Virus record (IMG/VR): IMGVR_UViG_3300014169_000007
Location: 1 to 57,861 of that record
Direction: 5' to 3' (one strand)
Source of the DNA: a virus
Lineage: Duplodnaviria; Caudoviricetes
DNA length: 57,861 nucleotides
Of this stretch, positions 9,751 through 18,400 are shown in pieces. Below the pieces are notes generated by a model. The model saw nothing but the letters and a program-made list of their open reading frames with translations. It had not been told where the DNA came from and did not search any database. The translations under genes and the position numbers were made by a program. Position 1 is the stretch's first letter. Each line of letters starts with the position of its first letter.

Positions 9751-11020
9751 AGATAATATCAGCTGATATAGTTGTCTGGTCTACAGCAGTCCCATTATTA
9801 TAAGGAGTTACGCCGGGCGCTAAAGACCTCTCGTAACGAACTTCTGGTCGTAACATTACATTCTTAGTAAGATGATGTGTTAGGCCAAACGTGGCGCTAT
9901 AATACGAGGTGGCGTAGCCAGTTCTCTGCCCTTGTGGGTCATTTAAGTAATCGTTTCTTAATGATAGATAGTTACTTTGATTAAGTTTCATTTGAAAGTA
10001 GTTAACAAAGCCCGTAGACCACGATAATCCGTTTATTATAGGTCCACATCCGCCGCCCCCGCCGAATGAATAAATAGGTCCGTAATTACATGTGCCACCT
10101 AATGCGGCGTTATACTGCCATTGGTAATAACCTTCGGTTTGCATGTGGAAGGTATCATTAAATTTATGCCCCCACACTGCTGTGTATGCTCCTAGGTTAT
10201 CATGTCCTTGTGTAAATTGATTACTGCCTAGTGAATTAATGCCGGCCCATAGGGAGTCATTTTTGCTGTTAGAGTCTAATCGAATTAACAATTGTCCGTT
10301 AACAGGAGAGCTGGGTATAAATACAGACATATCATTCGCTCCGTGAGCGCCGGCTAGAATAGACACGTTATCACTTAATTTAACGGTTCCCGTGACCCCA
10401 GTGTATGTGTAAGCGTCGACGGTAAACATTAAGGAATGGGAATACATATAATTATCGGGCGATGTTTGAGCTTCAATATCGGCTGGAGATATATATCGGC
10501 CGGCTTTAATAACTAATCCTTGCGCTACACCTGGGATATAATAGGTTACATACGCTTCCAGGGGATCAAAGCCATACAGGTTGTTATTCTGTAGTAATTG
10601 ATTGCTAAAGTAACCTTGCGCAGTCGTATACCTATAATCTATGCCGTAGATACCAGTTAACCGAAAGCCCCAGTCAGTATTAGTCCTAGACGCCGTATCC
10701 ATTACTTTATCAATTCTTAATCCTAGCTGATCTAATTGCACAGAGTTAGGGACTATATTATAAGACATTGGAGCATTCGATTGGCTAGAAGTACTTATGT
10801 TAGCTCCTACATCCACCCAACCATAGACTTTAATGTGATATTTATCTAAAGAATCTCCAAATATAGAGTTCTGTAATATCCCCCGTTCATTTGGTATGGA
10901 ACTATCCATTGCCGGCGTAGGGCCAACCCAGTCAGAACTAGGAAAAGGTGGAGAATCCAGAGGATCGGCGGCTAAACCAGCTGACGAATAAAGCAATAGA
11001 CTAAGGAATAATATAAACAT
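9740..11020 (-). CDS. Outer-membrane beta-barrel porin, BBP2/OmpL-like
   Basis: Sec signal peptide (...SSAGLA/AD), alternating amphipathic strands, motifs KVYGWVD, G.DYRYT, AGRYIS...E...PDNYMYSHS and LRPEVRYE, C-terminal beta-signal ISADIIFKF; AGGAG SD. Confidence 0.75.
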   Translation of the reverse strand: MFILFLSLLLYSSAGLAADPLDSPPFPSSDWVGPTPAMDSSIPNERGILQNSIFGDSLDKYHIKVYGWVDVGANISTSSQSNAPMSYNIVPNSVQLDQLGLRIDKVMDTASRTNTDWGFRLTGIYGIDYRYTTAQGYFSNQLLQNNNLYGFDPLEAYVTYYIPGVAQGLVIKAGRYISPADIEAQTSPDNYMYSHSLMFTVDAYTYTGVTGTVKLSDNVSILAGAHGANDMSVFIPSSPVNGQLLIRLDSNSKNDSLWAGINSLGSNQFTQGHDNLGAYTAVWGHKFNDTFHMQTEGYYQWQYNAALGGTCNYGPIYSFGGGGGCGPIINGLSWSTGFVNYFQMKLNQSNYLSLRNDYLNDPQGQRTGYATSYYSATFGLTHHLTKNVMLRPEVRYERSLAPGVTPYNNGTAVDQTTISADIIFKF

Positions 11021-11080
11021 AAATCGGTACTCCTATCCCATATAAGTAAGCCATAACCTACTTATTTAGTCAAGTACCAG

Positions 11081-11725
11081 TTAATCTACCCAATATTTGC
11101 TAAAGGGATGATTGTCTTGATAATAAATCTTAGCGACAGCTTGCATTACTTTGTCAGTATTATACACTTTACGTTGCCGCCACAACCAAAAATTACCGGC
11201 GAAGTTCGCCAACATAGACTTATGCTTAGTCGCCTGCCATTGGTGCCAATTAAGCCTTCTCGAATCTGTGTCACTCGTTGGAGCATTAATACATGACGTC
11301 GCGATAACTAGGGCATTATAGAATGAGTAGAATGGCATTAGGAAGCTAGGAACACCCTTATTTAAGAGAAACGCGTACAGAAGCTGGGGGAACCGCCATA
11401 ATCTCATCGGAAGGCTAAATGGCACCTTTAAATCGAATTCAGCATACCCAGCGAATACACCAACGTGATCGTCGTATTCATCGGGGGTGGTGTCTCCAGG
11501 AGCTCTGTGAAGGTGGTTGTCAGTACCAACGCAGGCTTTAATCAATGCCTGGTAATTCGAAACATCAACGGTATTTAGATCGCCATTTCTGTTAAGCATT
11601 ATAAAATACTCACTAGTGAACATAGGCTGGTTATCGCAGCCTCGAATCGTTCCGGAAGGTACTATAGACGGGCATACATAACCGTCAACTGTTTCGTATG
11701 GAGATATCTCGCTGCGCAAACTCAT
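11081..11725 (-). CDS. Hypothetical protein
   Basis: 214 aa, coupled to the endolysin by ATGA overlap; no motif recognised. Confidence 0.6.
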   Translation of the reverse strand: MSLRSEISPYETVDGYVCPSIVPSGTIRGCDNQPMFTSEYFIMLNRNGDLNTVDVSNYQALIKACVGTDNHLHRAPGDTTPDEYDDHVGVFAGYAEFDLKVPFSLPMRLWRFPQLLYAFLLNKGVPSFLMPFYSFYNALVIATSCINAPTSDTDSRRLNWHQWQATKHKSMLANFAGNFWLWRQRKVYNTDKVMQAVAKIYYQDNHPFSKYWVD

Positions 11726-12159
11726 ACAGGCTCCGTGAATAAGGCAGCTTCCATCGCTCTGCGTTTAGTTAGGCCTTCTGATACTTTTCCTCCGGCCTTG
11801 GACCATAAGGAAAATCGTCTGGCTGCTTCTTCAAAGTTACTTAAATTAACTTGCTTTAATAATCCTGAACTGTTGAAATTACCCTGTCCTATATTATAGG
11901 CGAGGCTTACTAAGGCTGAGAATTGATTTTCATTGACATCGACATCTAACTGGTCAGAAACACCTTCTTCGAACTTAACTAAATCTTGTCGTAATTGATT
12001 ATCCGCTTGCTCCTGTGTCCACACTAGCCCGGGTTTAACTTCTGGTCCGGTATGACCAAAACCTATGGTATTAATTCCGATGATATCTTTGTATGTTTCT
12101 AGTCTACAACCTTCGCAAGTCTTTATAATCTCTAAACCTTTTTCATTAATTTTCATCAT
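11722..12159 (-). CDS. Endolysin, GH24 (phage lysozyme family)
   Basis: Catalytic E-x8-D-x5-T (EGCRLETYKDIIGINT), IGFGH, NQFSALVSLAYNIG, GLxxRRxxExxLF. Confidence 0.92.
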   Translation of the reverse strand: MMKINEKGLEIIKTCEGCRLETYKDIIGINTIGFGHTGPEVKPGLVWTQEQADNQLRQDLVKFEEGVSDQLDVDVNENQFSALVSLAYNIGQGNFNSSGLLKQVNLSNFEEAARRFSLWSKAGGKVSEGLTKRRAMEAALFTEPV

Positions 12160-12195
12160 CCCTCCGCAAAAAGTGCCGTCCGTGGCTCATTGATA

Positions 12196-13071
12196 TTACA
12201 GTTCTTCGACTAAATCATCATAATTTAGTGCAGTATTAAATGCTTTGCATAGTGAGTTATCTTTGTGGGTTTTACATACATCCTCAATTTTTTTGAGGAT
12301 TTGTTCTTTATCTTCAGCAGTGGAAGATGGAGCTGCAGCAACACCATCTTCAGCTTTAGGCGCAATTGGGTTTAGATTATCAAGTTCTTTAAATAGAAAG
12401 TTATAAACGTACTCGTGAGGTACAGCCAGAGCATACCCAAGATCACCACTGCCGGCGAATACGACAGCGCTAATCTGATTTTCTTCGCCATAGATTCCGG
12501 AACCCGATGATCCGGGTTGAATGGTTGTAGATACGACGATTGATTCAAATTCACCTACGACGGGTAACTTTCCGGTCATAGCACATATAAAGCCAGTATT
12601 AGGGTTAGATTTTTCAGCTTCTGTACAGTCTCGTAATCCCATTATGATTTGTACGTGTAGCTTATCTGAGAAGTGTCCCCGGGTAATAATTACAGGAAGA
12701 AGATGAGGGTGTCCTGAAGTTGTAGCGTGGTCGAATCTCAATGGTGCAGTTCTCGATACAGATGCAGACGGTCCAGCATGTGCGGATACGAATATAGCGC
12801 ACAAATCATGCCTATTAGACATCTTAAAAGCCGTGACAGATAGTTTACGACCATCTAGTAAATGAACTAATCCTCCATGTTCTACAACCTTACAAACGTG
12901 TCGGTTTGTAAGAATCATCGATAGAGTTTCGGTGGAGTTGACTACCGTACCACTCCCCCCAGAATTTTCAGCCATATTAGTGATTTTAACAGTAGCCGTT
13001 GGTATAAACTCAGAAGGACGCGTGCATCCAACTGTTCCTAGTAACATTAATCCGATTAATAGTTTTTTCAT
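12196..13071 (-). CDS. Trypsin-like (S1) serine protease, lipoprotein
   Basis: Lipobox-like TVGC after a hydrophobic N-terminus; catalytic TNRHV, HDL and PGSSGSG; AAGGAG SD. Confidence 0.85.
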   Translation of the reverse strand: MKKLLIGLMLLGTVGCTRPSEFIPTATVKITNMAENSGGSGTVVNSTETLSMILTNRHVCKVVEHGGLVHLLDGRKLSVTAFKMSNRHDLCAIFVSAHAGPSASVSRTAPLRFDHATTSGHPHLLPVIITRGHFSDKLHVQIIMGLRDCTEAEKSNPNTGFICAMTGKLPVVGEFESIVVSTTIQPGSSGSGIYGEENQISAVVFAGSGDLGYALAVPHEYVYNFLFKELDNLNPIAPKAEDGVAAAPSSTAEDKEQILKKIEDVCKTHKDNSLCKAFNTALNYDDLVEEL

Positions 13072-13107
13072 ATATCTCCTTTTTCCATTACAACATAAAT
13101 AATACGA

Positions 13108-14415
13108 TTATTCAATCTTTAATTCACCTGGGATAATATTATATTCATCTAGTAGGATCTTACATTGTTCTTTAAAATGTGCCTTAGTGAATTTATGGCT
13201 ACTATCGTCAAAGATTACTATCTTACAAGTGTCTTTACCCTTATACCGACGTAGGCCGCGACCAAAAGCTTGCATAAGTGAGTTCTTAGCTTTACCAAGG
13301 CCTGAGATAATAATAAACTCTGCCGGCTTCGTATCTACACCCTCTCCGACAATACCAGTTGTTCCCACTAATGTCTTTATCTTGCCTTTTGAAAAGGCCT
13401 CAATTAATATCATTGAATCCTCAGATTCGCCATTTGCGAACTGCGAACCACATAATTCACTAAGGATCTTGCCATGCGCTATTTCCTTGACTAATACAAG
13501 AGTAGAGACGCCACTATGGTCCAAAGCACGAACCAGTCTAGCAATAAGATTATTACGCACGTCGTTTTCAACCACGAGAGTTTTGTAGACTTGCCGCCAT
13601 GTATGAGCGTTAGTCTTGGTTTTTGGTATCGCAACATAAAATGCCTCCAAGGGAGTTATGTACCCGTTTTCTACCGCTTTATGGAAATCTACCCGGTATA
13701 TTATTCTCCCGGCTATGCTTTCAAACAAGATATCTTCTTCTGAACGACTGCGAAAGGGCGTAGCGGTAAAAAATAGTCTATAGTATATGCCGCTCCAGTG
13801 CTTACTATTTAATGTCCTATAAGTCTTTGCAGCGACATGATGAGCCTCGTCTATGATTAAACAGTCGTACTTCTTAGTCTTTTTAAGCTCCGGAGAATCA
13901 ATATTCTCAATTGTTATATTTTTAAGAGACCCAAAACAAGCTTTAAAATCTTCAGTAAGTTGATTCTTAAGGGTTAGGTTTGGTACTACTATAAGAGTCT
14001 TAACCTGTAGGGCGTTAACTAAGTACATCATGGTTAAGCTTTTACCGAAACCTGTAACTGCTGAAACCGTCCCACGGTGGTATTTCACAGCAGCCTCAAC
14101 TATCTCTAGCTGTTCAATATAGGGGGAATGCGGAAAAGTGGGGTTAAACATCCCAGGCGTAGACGCAGGTTTAACCCTCGTATCTAACACCGAGAATGGT
14201 GCCTTTAAGGCGGTTTTAACAGTCTCTAATAGTCCAGTAGGGAACATGCCTGACTTTGCCAGTAATGACACCCTTTTACCCGCTTTAACGCCAAACGGTG
14301 TAAATACGGGCGGTAGAGAATAGGATAGGACCTCTTTTAGAGAGTTATGTTCGGCTATAGAGAGCCCCTCCACCTTAGAGGTACTGTTGTGTATGATTAT
14401 ATTAATCAACTTCAT
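13108..14415 (-). CDS. SF2 DExH helicase (UvsW-like)
   Basis: TGFGKS, DEAHH, TATP, GEGVD and QAFGRGLR motifs. Start moved to the ATG at 14415. Confidence 0.9.
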   Translation of the reverse strand: MKLINIIIHNSTSKVEGLSIAEHNSLKEVLSYSLPPVFTPFGVKAGKRVSLLAKSGMFPTGLLETVKTALKAPFSVLDTRVKPASTPGMFNPTFPHSPYIEQLEIVEAAVKYHRGTVSAVTGFGKSLTMMYLVNALQVKTLIVVPNLTLKNQLTEDFKACFGSLKNITIENIDSPELKKTKKYDCLIIDEAHHVAAKTYRTLNSKHWSGIYYRLFFTATPFRSRSEEDILFESIAGRIIYRVDFHKAVENGYITPLEAFYVAIPKTKTNAHTWRQVYKTLVVENDVRNNLIARLVRALDHSGVSTLVLVKEIAHGKILSELCGSQFANGESEDSMILIEAFSKGKIKTLVGTTGIVGEGVDTKPAEFIIISGLGKAKNSLMQAFGRGLRRYKGKDTCKIVIFDDSSHKFTKAHFKEQCKILLDEYNIIPGELKIE

Positions 14416-14617
14416 CCCGTTTCCAAAATAGGTAATGGCCGCAGGTTTGGCACTTATCATGTTTCTTACTTACGTTTTTCTCCACACCGTTACGTGACAT
14501 AGTCTTGGCGTTTCGGGCGGCCTTGTCTAATCGTAGACATATTTCACTATCGCATATAGCTTGAAATGTATAAACCTTAACTTTTTCTTCCTCTTCGAAT
14601 AAGTCAAAATAATTCAT
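14402..14617 (-). CDS. Small Cys-containing (zinc-finger) protein
   Basis: GGGAGG SD before MNYFDLF; CDSEIC and CQTCG. Confidence 0.6.
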   Translation of the reverse strand: MNYFDLFEEEEKVKVYTFQAICDSEICLRLDKAARNAKTMSRNGVEKNVSKKHDKCQTCGHYLFWKRDEVD

Positions 14618-14714
14618 AAATCCCTCCCACAGGATTATTAAGTAATAGTAGTATGAACACAAGCAATGCTATAACACTAACAAATACTACTATTTTTTTG
14701 TTAGACCTGTTCAT
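14604..14714 (-). CDS. Small single-TM protein (36 aa, absent from the ORF track)
   Basis: MNRSNKKIVVFVSVIALLVFILLLLNNPVGGIYELF*; a minus-strand TAGTAT -10 lies 7 nt upstream. Confidence 0.5.
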   Translation of the reverse strand: MNRSNKKIVVFVSVIALLVFILLLLNNPVGGIYELF

Positions 14715-15021
14715 ACAATCAATACTATCGTATTAAAAGAAAAATGCAAATATATAAATATTTATTTTAACCTATTGACTTTTATCTAAAAATATGATAA
14801 TACTGTAAGTATATAAATTGCTTAGTTAAATTTACACTAATAATTCTAAAATAAGTTCGTTAGAACTTATTGGGGGTTCAAAGGGGGTACGAAGTAAACC
14901 CCCTTGGTAGATAACTATTCGAATATTTAATATCTATAGATTAACAATTAAAAGGCTATACGTGTGTCTATTACTAAAGCATTCTTTACTAAAGTTAATT
15001 ATAAGAAAGTATACTTAACTA

Positions 15022-15050
15022 TTTACAAATGAATTAAGGTTTGTTATCCT
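15022..15050 (+). promoter_or_regulatory. Sigma70 promoter for sRNA-1
   Basis: TTTACA-17 bp-TATCCT with extended TG. Confidence 0.55.
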
Positions 15051-15056
15051 ATATTT

Positions 15057-15135
15057 GTTAGTCCAACTATCCCTCCTCTCGGAAGGCCTACAACGTATCA
15101 ATCGATACATCACAAGTTGTAGGCCTTCTCTCTTT
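15057..15135 (+). ncRNA. Putative small RNA 1 with anti-SD motif
   Basis: Lies between a promoter and a 13-bp stem (15082-15094/15116-15128) followed by a U-rich tail; no ORF; single-stranded CCCTCCTCTC. Confidence 0.5.
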
Positions 15136-15139
15136 AGTA

Positions 15140-15168
15140 TTGACTATTATAGGTAAATTATGTAATCT
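15140..15168 (+). promoter_or_regulatory. Sigma70 promoter, leaderless geometry
   Basis: TTGACT-17-TAATCT, then 6 nt to ATG 15175; no SD. Confidence 0.7.
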
Positions 15169-15174
15169 AATACT

Positions 15175-15543
15175 ATGAGTACTGAGAAATTAAATCAATT
15201 AGACGAAATAGCGCAGATAATAGCGATAGAAAACTTTAAGATAATGCAGGCATTACCTACAGATGGAACTATAGATCCGATAATCCCAATGGTTACAAGG
15301 ACTTTCAGGTTTTATTTGCAACTGGTGATCCTACATGTTTTAAATAGCAAATATAAAGAAGGGATGACTCAGGAGGAAGCTTACGAGGCAGTTCACCAGA
15401 ATTTCCTGGTGTTTAAGTCTCTTCTTCAAGACAATATAGCTGAAGGATTCGATGCTGCCTTTAAAACTTATGCAGGTCAAACTCTCGATTATTACTGCAT
15501 AATTAGTCCCTTTCCTAAACCCATAAATAAGGAAATGATATGA
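15175..15543 (+). CDS. Hypothetical protein
   Basis: 122 aa ORF starting at the predicted +1. Confidence 0.65.
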   Translation: MSTEKLNQLDEIAQIIAIENFKIMQALPTDGTIDPIIPMVTRTFRFYLQLVILHVLNSKYKEGMTQEEAYEAVHQNFLVFKSLLQDNIAEGFDAAFKTYAGQTLDYYCIISPFPKPINKEMI

Positions 15544-15635
15544 TATATCTAATCTTGTTGGTTTTTATTGTGTTTCCGTTATTAACCACTACTATTATAG
15601 GGCTTTTAGCTTCAAAAGCAGCAGGGAATGAATAA
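15540..15635 (+). CDS. Small single-TM protein (31 aa)
   Basis: ATGA overlap; MIYLILLVFIVFPLLTTTIIGLLASKAAGNE*. Confidence 0.45.
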   Translation: MIYLILLVFIVFPLLTTTIIGLLASKAAGNE

Positions 15636-15636
15636 T

Positions 15637-16074
15637 ATGAGACTGAATAAAGAGACTCAATACGCGTTGCTGTTAGGCATGTACTTAGCTAGATCAGGCA
15701 GATCAACAATTGAGACAGTAGTAGCTAATCTCAACCTTTCTAAGAGTTTTTTACACAAAGTAGCACATAACCTAAGACGACGTGGTATTCTAGAGAGTAC
15801 CCGGGGACCTGGAGGAGGTTTTGAGCTTGCTAAAGATGTTCGGATTATTGATATTTTCAATAGTATCGACGGTAATGGCTTTTTATCTCAAAGAGAAAGA
15901 CTTAAATTGGCTACCGGTGTTGTTGAAGAAAGAATGTTGGAATTAATAGTATCCAATATGGGTTTAGCGATCTGGCCTGTAATAAATAAGACACTTAAAC
16001 AGTTTGTGTCAGAATTAACACAGACAGAATTGAAACAATTAAATACTTTAACCGCAGAATCATTGGAGCAGTAA
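15637..16074 (+). CDS. Rrf2-family winged-helix transcription regulator (no Cys)
   Basis: MRL...YAL...YLA, LSKSFLHKV..L...GILESTRGPGGGFELAK and I.DI...IDG, the Rrf2 signature. Confidence 0.9.
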   Translation: MRLNKETQYALLLGMYLARSGRSTIETVVANLNLSKSFLHKVAHNLRRRGILESTRGPGGGFELAKDVRIIDIFNSIDGNGFLSQRERLKLATGVVEERMLELIVSNMGLAIWPVINKTLKQFVSELTQTELKQLNTLTAESLEQ

Positions 16075-16075
16075 T

Positions 16076-16324
16076 ATGAATATTTTTATTAAAGATCCAA
16101 CAACTGGCCAACCTTCAGAAATGATAACGTTGACAGTCGTAGTAACAGCCGCCGTGGTGTTCCGATTCCTTGTTGATGGAATGACCTTAGAGGTATTTGG
16201 GCATCATCTAACTTTCACTAAATTAGATGCTAGCGTTTATATAGCTCTATTAGCGCCTATGCTAGGGTCTCATGCTTTTATAAAAGGTAAAGGAGTCGAT
16301 AATGCAGTTAACGACAAGAAATAA
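16076..16324 (+). CDS. Two-TM membrane protein, holin candidate
   Basis: Two hydrophobic segments, charged C-terminal tail, GGAG SD. Confidence 0.5.
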   Translation: MNIFIKDPTTGQPSEMITLTVVVTAAVVFRFLVDGMTLEVFGHHLTFTKLDASVYIALLAPMLGSHAFIKGKGVDNAVNDKK

Positions 16325-16787
16325 GATTATATTAGTAGTTGTTTATACAGCTATAGCTGTTGCAGCCGGTCGATATATGACACCGGAGAAGGTTAAGGTT
16401 GAAACAAAGATTGTGGAAGTTGAAAAGAAGACTGATGATAAAGATGTTGCTAAAGAAGACGTTAAGCATAAACATATTGTAGTAACACAAGATTCTAAAC
16501 CTTCTGGAGAGACTATTGTTACCACAGATACGACCTATGATGATAAAGATTCAGAGGATTCCAAAGAAATTAAAACAGACACTTCTTCTAAGGACGAAGC
16601 AGTAGTAAAAGAGACGGTTTATAACAACGGAAGGGTTACGCTCTCTGCCTTAGGCGGCATCAATCTTTCTACTTTAGCCCCAGTTTACGGCGCTTCAATT
16701 GTTAAACCTATTGTAGGTCCGGTTGCCGTAGGTATTTGGGGTTTATCTGATGGTTCTTGCGGTGTATCCGTAGGGTTACAGTTCTAA
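16302..16787 (+). CDS. N-terminally anchored envelope protein, spanin candidate
   Basis: N-terminal TM, charged T/K/E-rich linker, C-terminal amphipathic strands ending GVSVGLQF. Confidence 0.45.
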   Translation: MQLTTRNKIILVVVYTAIAVAAGRYMTPEKVKVETKIVEVEKKTDDKDVAKEDVKHKHIVVTQDSKPSGETIVTTDTTYDDKDSEDSKEIKTDTSSKDEAVVKETVYNNGRVTLSALGGINLSTLAPVYGASIVKPIVGPVAVGIWGLSDGSCGVSVGLQF

Positions 16788-16816
16788 TTGACTTGGTTAC
16801 GTAACCTTGGTATGCT
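16788..16816 (+). promoter_or_regulatory. Sigma70 promoter, leaderless geometry, with palindromic spacer
   Basis: TTGACT-17-TATGCT (TGn-extended), 6 nt to ATG 16823; spacer holds the perfect palindrome GGTTACGTAACC. Confidence 0.7.
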
Positions 16817-16822
16817 CATTAT

Positions 16823-17518
16823 ATGAACTACCAGGTTATTATTACATCATTACTAATCCATAGCGTATGTTGTGCTCAACAGTTACGAGTTGCTATAATT
16901 GACAGTGGTTTAGATATTAACGACGGGCGGTTTAAGGACAAACTGTGTAAATCAGAGTATACGAATCTAGTAACCCACGAAACCATCAATGATGTAAATG
17001 GTCACGGAACCTGCGTAACAAGCCTCGTACAGGAATATGCAAAAGGAGCTGATTATTGCTTCTTAATATACAAATTTTATAGCCAGACGGACAGTTCCGA
17101 CGAGAACGGTAAACGAGAAGTTACGGCGATCCAACTGGCGATAAATAATAGTGCCAATATTATTAACTTATCGGCCGGTGGCGCTACATACAGCCGTCCG
17201 GAACATACCTTAATACACAATAATCCCAGCGTCACGTTTGTTGTATCTTCTGGCAATGATGGATTAAATTTAGACGAAGGTAACAATAAATTCTATCCAG
17301 CCTCACTTCAGGAACCTAACGTAATAGCGGTAGGAGCCACGGTAGCAACCGGAAAAGTAGCTAAATTCTCTAATTATGGATCGACCGTTAAGAACTATGA
17401 AGTAGGCGATAGAGTAAGCTGCGCCGCAATTGGGAAAGGCAATGTATATTTATCTGGAACGTCGTTGTCTACCGCCATTTTTTCCGGTAAACTAATAAAT
17501 AAGCTAGGAGCTAAATAA
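16823..17518 (+). CDS. Subtilisin-like (S8) serine protease, secreted
   Basis: Signal-like N-terminus; VAIIDSG (Asp), HGT (His), SSGN (oxyanion Asn), SGTS (Ser). Confidence 0.9.
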   Translation: MNYQVIITSLLIHSVCCAQQLRVAIIDSGLDINDGRFKDKLCKSEYTNLVTHETINDVNGHGTCVTSLVQEYAKGADYCFLIYKFYSQTDSSDENGKREVTAIQLAINNSANIINLSAGGATYSRPEHTLIHNNPSVTFVVSSGNDGLNLDEGNNKFYPASLQEPNVIAVGATVATGKVAKFSNYGSTVKNYEVGDRVSCAAIGKGNVYLSGTSLSTAIFSGKLINKLGAK

Positions 17519-17519
17519 C

Positions 17520-17672
17520 ATGAAGTACTTAATTATTATGGGGTTTATGATCTTTTCAGGGTGTTCAACTGATACTCTAAGAGGTAGAAGTTGTACCGAT
17601 ATATGTTTTAGTGGTTCAAAACTTGAACAAAAACATGAATGTGGTTGTGAAAGAGGTGTAAGATGGTTATGA
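17520..17672 (+). CDS. Small Cys-rich lipoprotein (50 aa, absent from the ORF track)
   Basis: AGGAG SD; MKYLIIMGFMIFSGC lipobox. Confidence 0.55.
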   Translation: MKYLIIMGFMIFSGCSTDTLRGRSCTDICFSGSKLEQKHECGCERGVRWL

Positions 17673-17815
17673 GAATAATATGGAACATAGTGCTGATTGT
17701 TGTAATATCAAGTCTAGCGTGGTTAGCTGGTTTTAATTTTGGATGGAATCGTAGTGAATGGGTAACCCTTACGTTTAATCCTTCTTGCACAGGCGTATAT
17801 AAAAGTGTAAGATAA
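17669..17815 (+). CDS. Small single-TM protein (48 aa)
   Basis: ATGA overlap; MRIIWNIVLIVVISSLAWLAGF... Confidence 0.5.
   Translation: MRIIWNIVLIVVISSLAWLAGFNFGWNRSEWVTLTFNPSCTGVYKSVR
17785..17813 (+). promoter_or_regulatory. Sigma70 promoter for the recombination operon
   Basis: TTGCAC-17-TAAGAT, then AGGAG SD and ATG 17831. Confidence 0.5.
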
Positions 17816-17830
17816 AGACAAGGAGTAAAT

Positions 17831-18106
17831 ATGTTGACTGATAAGCAAATGAAGAAGGTTAAAGACATTCTTGGACAGGATATGATTGCTGATCTTGATA
17901 AGATGGACGTAGATACATTAGGTTCACATTTATATATTGCTGAACATTCTATTATGGAAGCTAGACGCGAACTTGATGCAAATCCTAAGTTTCAAGAACT
18001 TAAAGACTCACTCTCAGCATTATCCGCCGGTATGAGAGAGGTTAAGAAAAGACAAACTGCTATTATTCACTATATTGTAAGTCTGCTAGAAGAAAAAGGT
18101 AAATAA
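17831..18106 (+). CDS. Hypothetical coiled-coil protein
   Basis: AGGAG SD; 91 aa, helical composition. Confidence 0.65.
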   Translation: MLTDKQMKKVKDILGQDMIADLDKMDVDTLGSHLYIAEHSIMEARRELDANPKFQELKDSLSALSAGMREVKKRQTAIIHYIVSLLEEKGK

Positions 18107-18108
18107 CA

Positions 18109-18288
18109 ATGACAAAAGATAAGATTATTAGTTTATTGAAATATAAAGACGGTTTGGAAGATAAGCTTAAAGGCGAAGTCCCTTCCAAGCACCAGGCACA
18201 CCCAAAGAGTTACCATGAGTTCCTCAAACAGGAAATTAAGATGGTATCCCTTAAGATCGAAGCAGCAAAGCTCGAAGGAGTTAAATAA
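18109..18288 (+). CDS. Hypothetical protein (59 aa, absent from the ORF track)
   Basis: MTKDKIISLLKYKDG...LEGVK*, tightly packed in the operon. Confidence 0.6.
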   Translation: MTKDKIISLLKYKDGLEDKLKGEVPSKHQAHPKSYHEFLKQEIKMVSLKIEAAKLEGVK

Positions 18289-18400
18289 TGAAGCGCTTAA
18301 ATAAGCATGTTGCACGAAAGATCGTGATACTTGGTAGAAAGAAAATCTTGAAACCTAAAGAAGAGAAACTTTTACAAGAATTCTTGGATAAGGTAAACAA

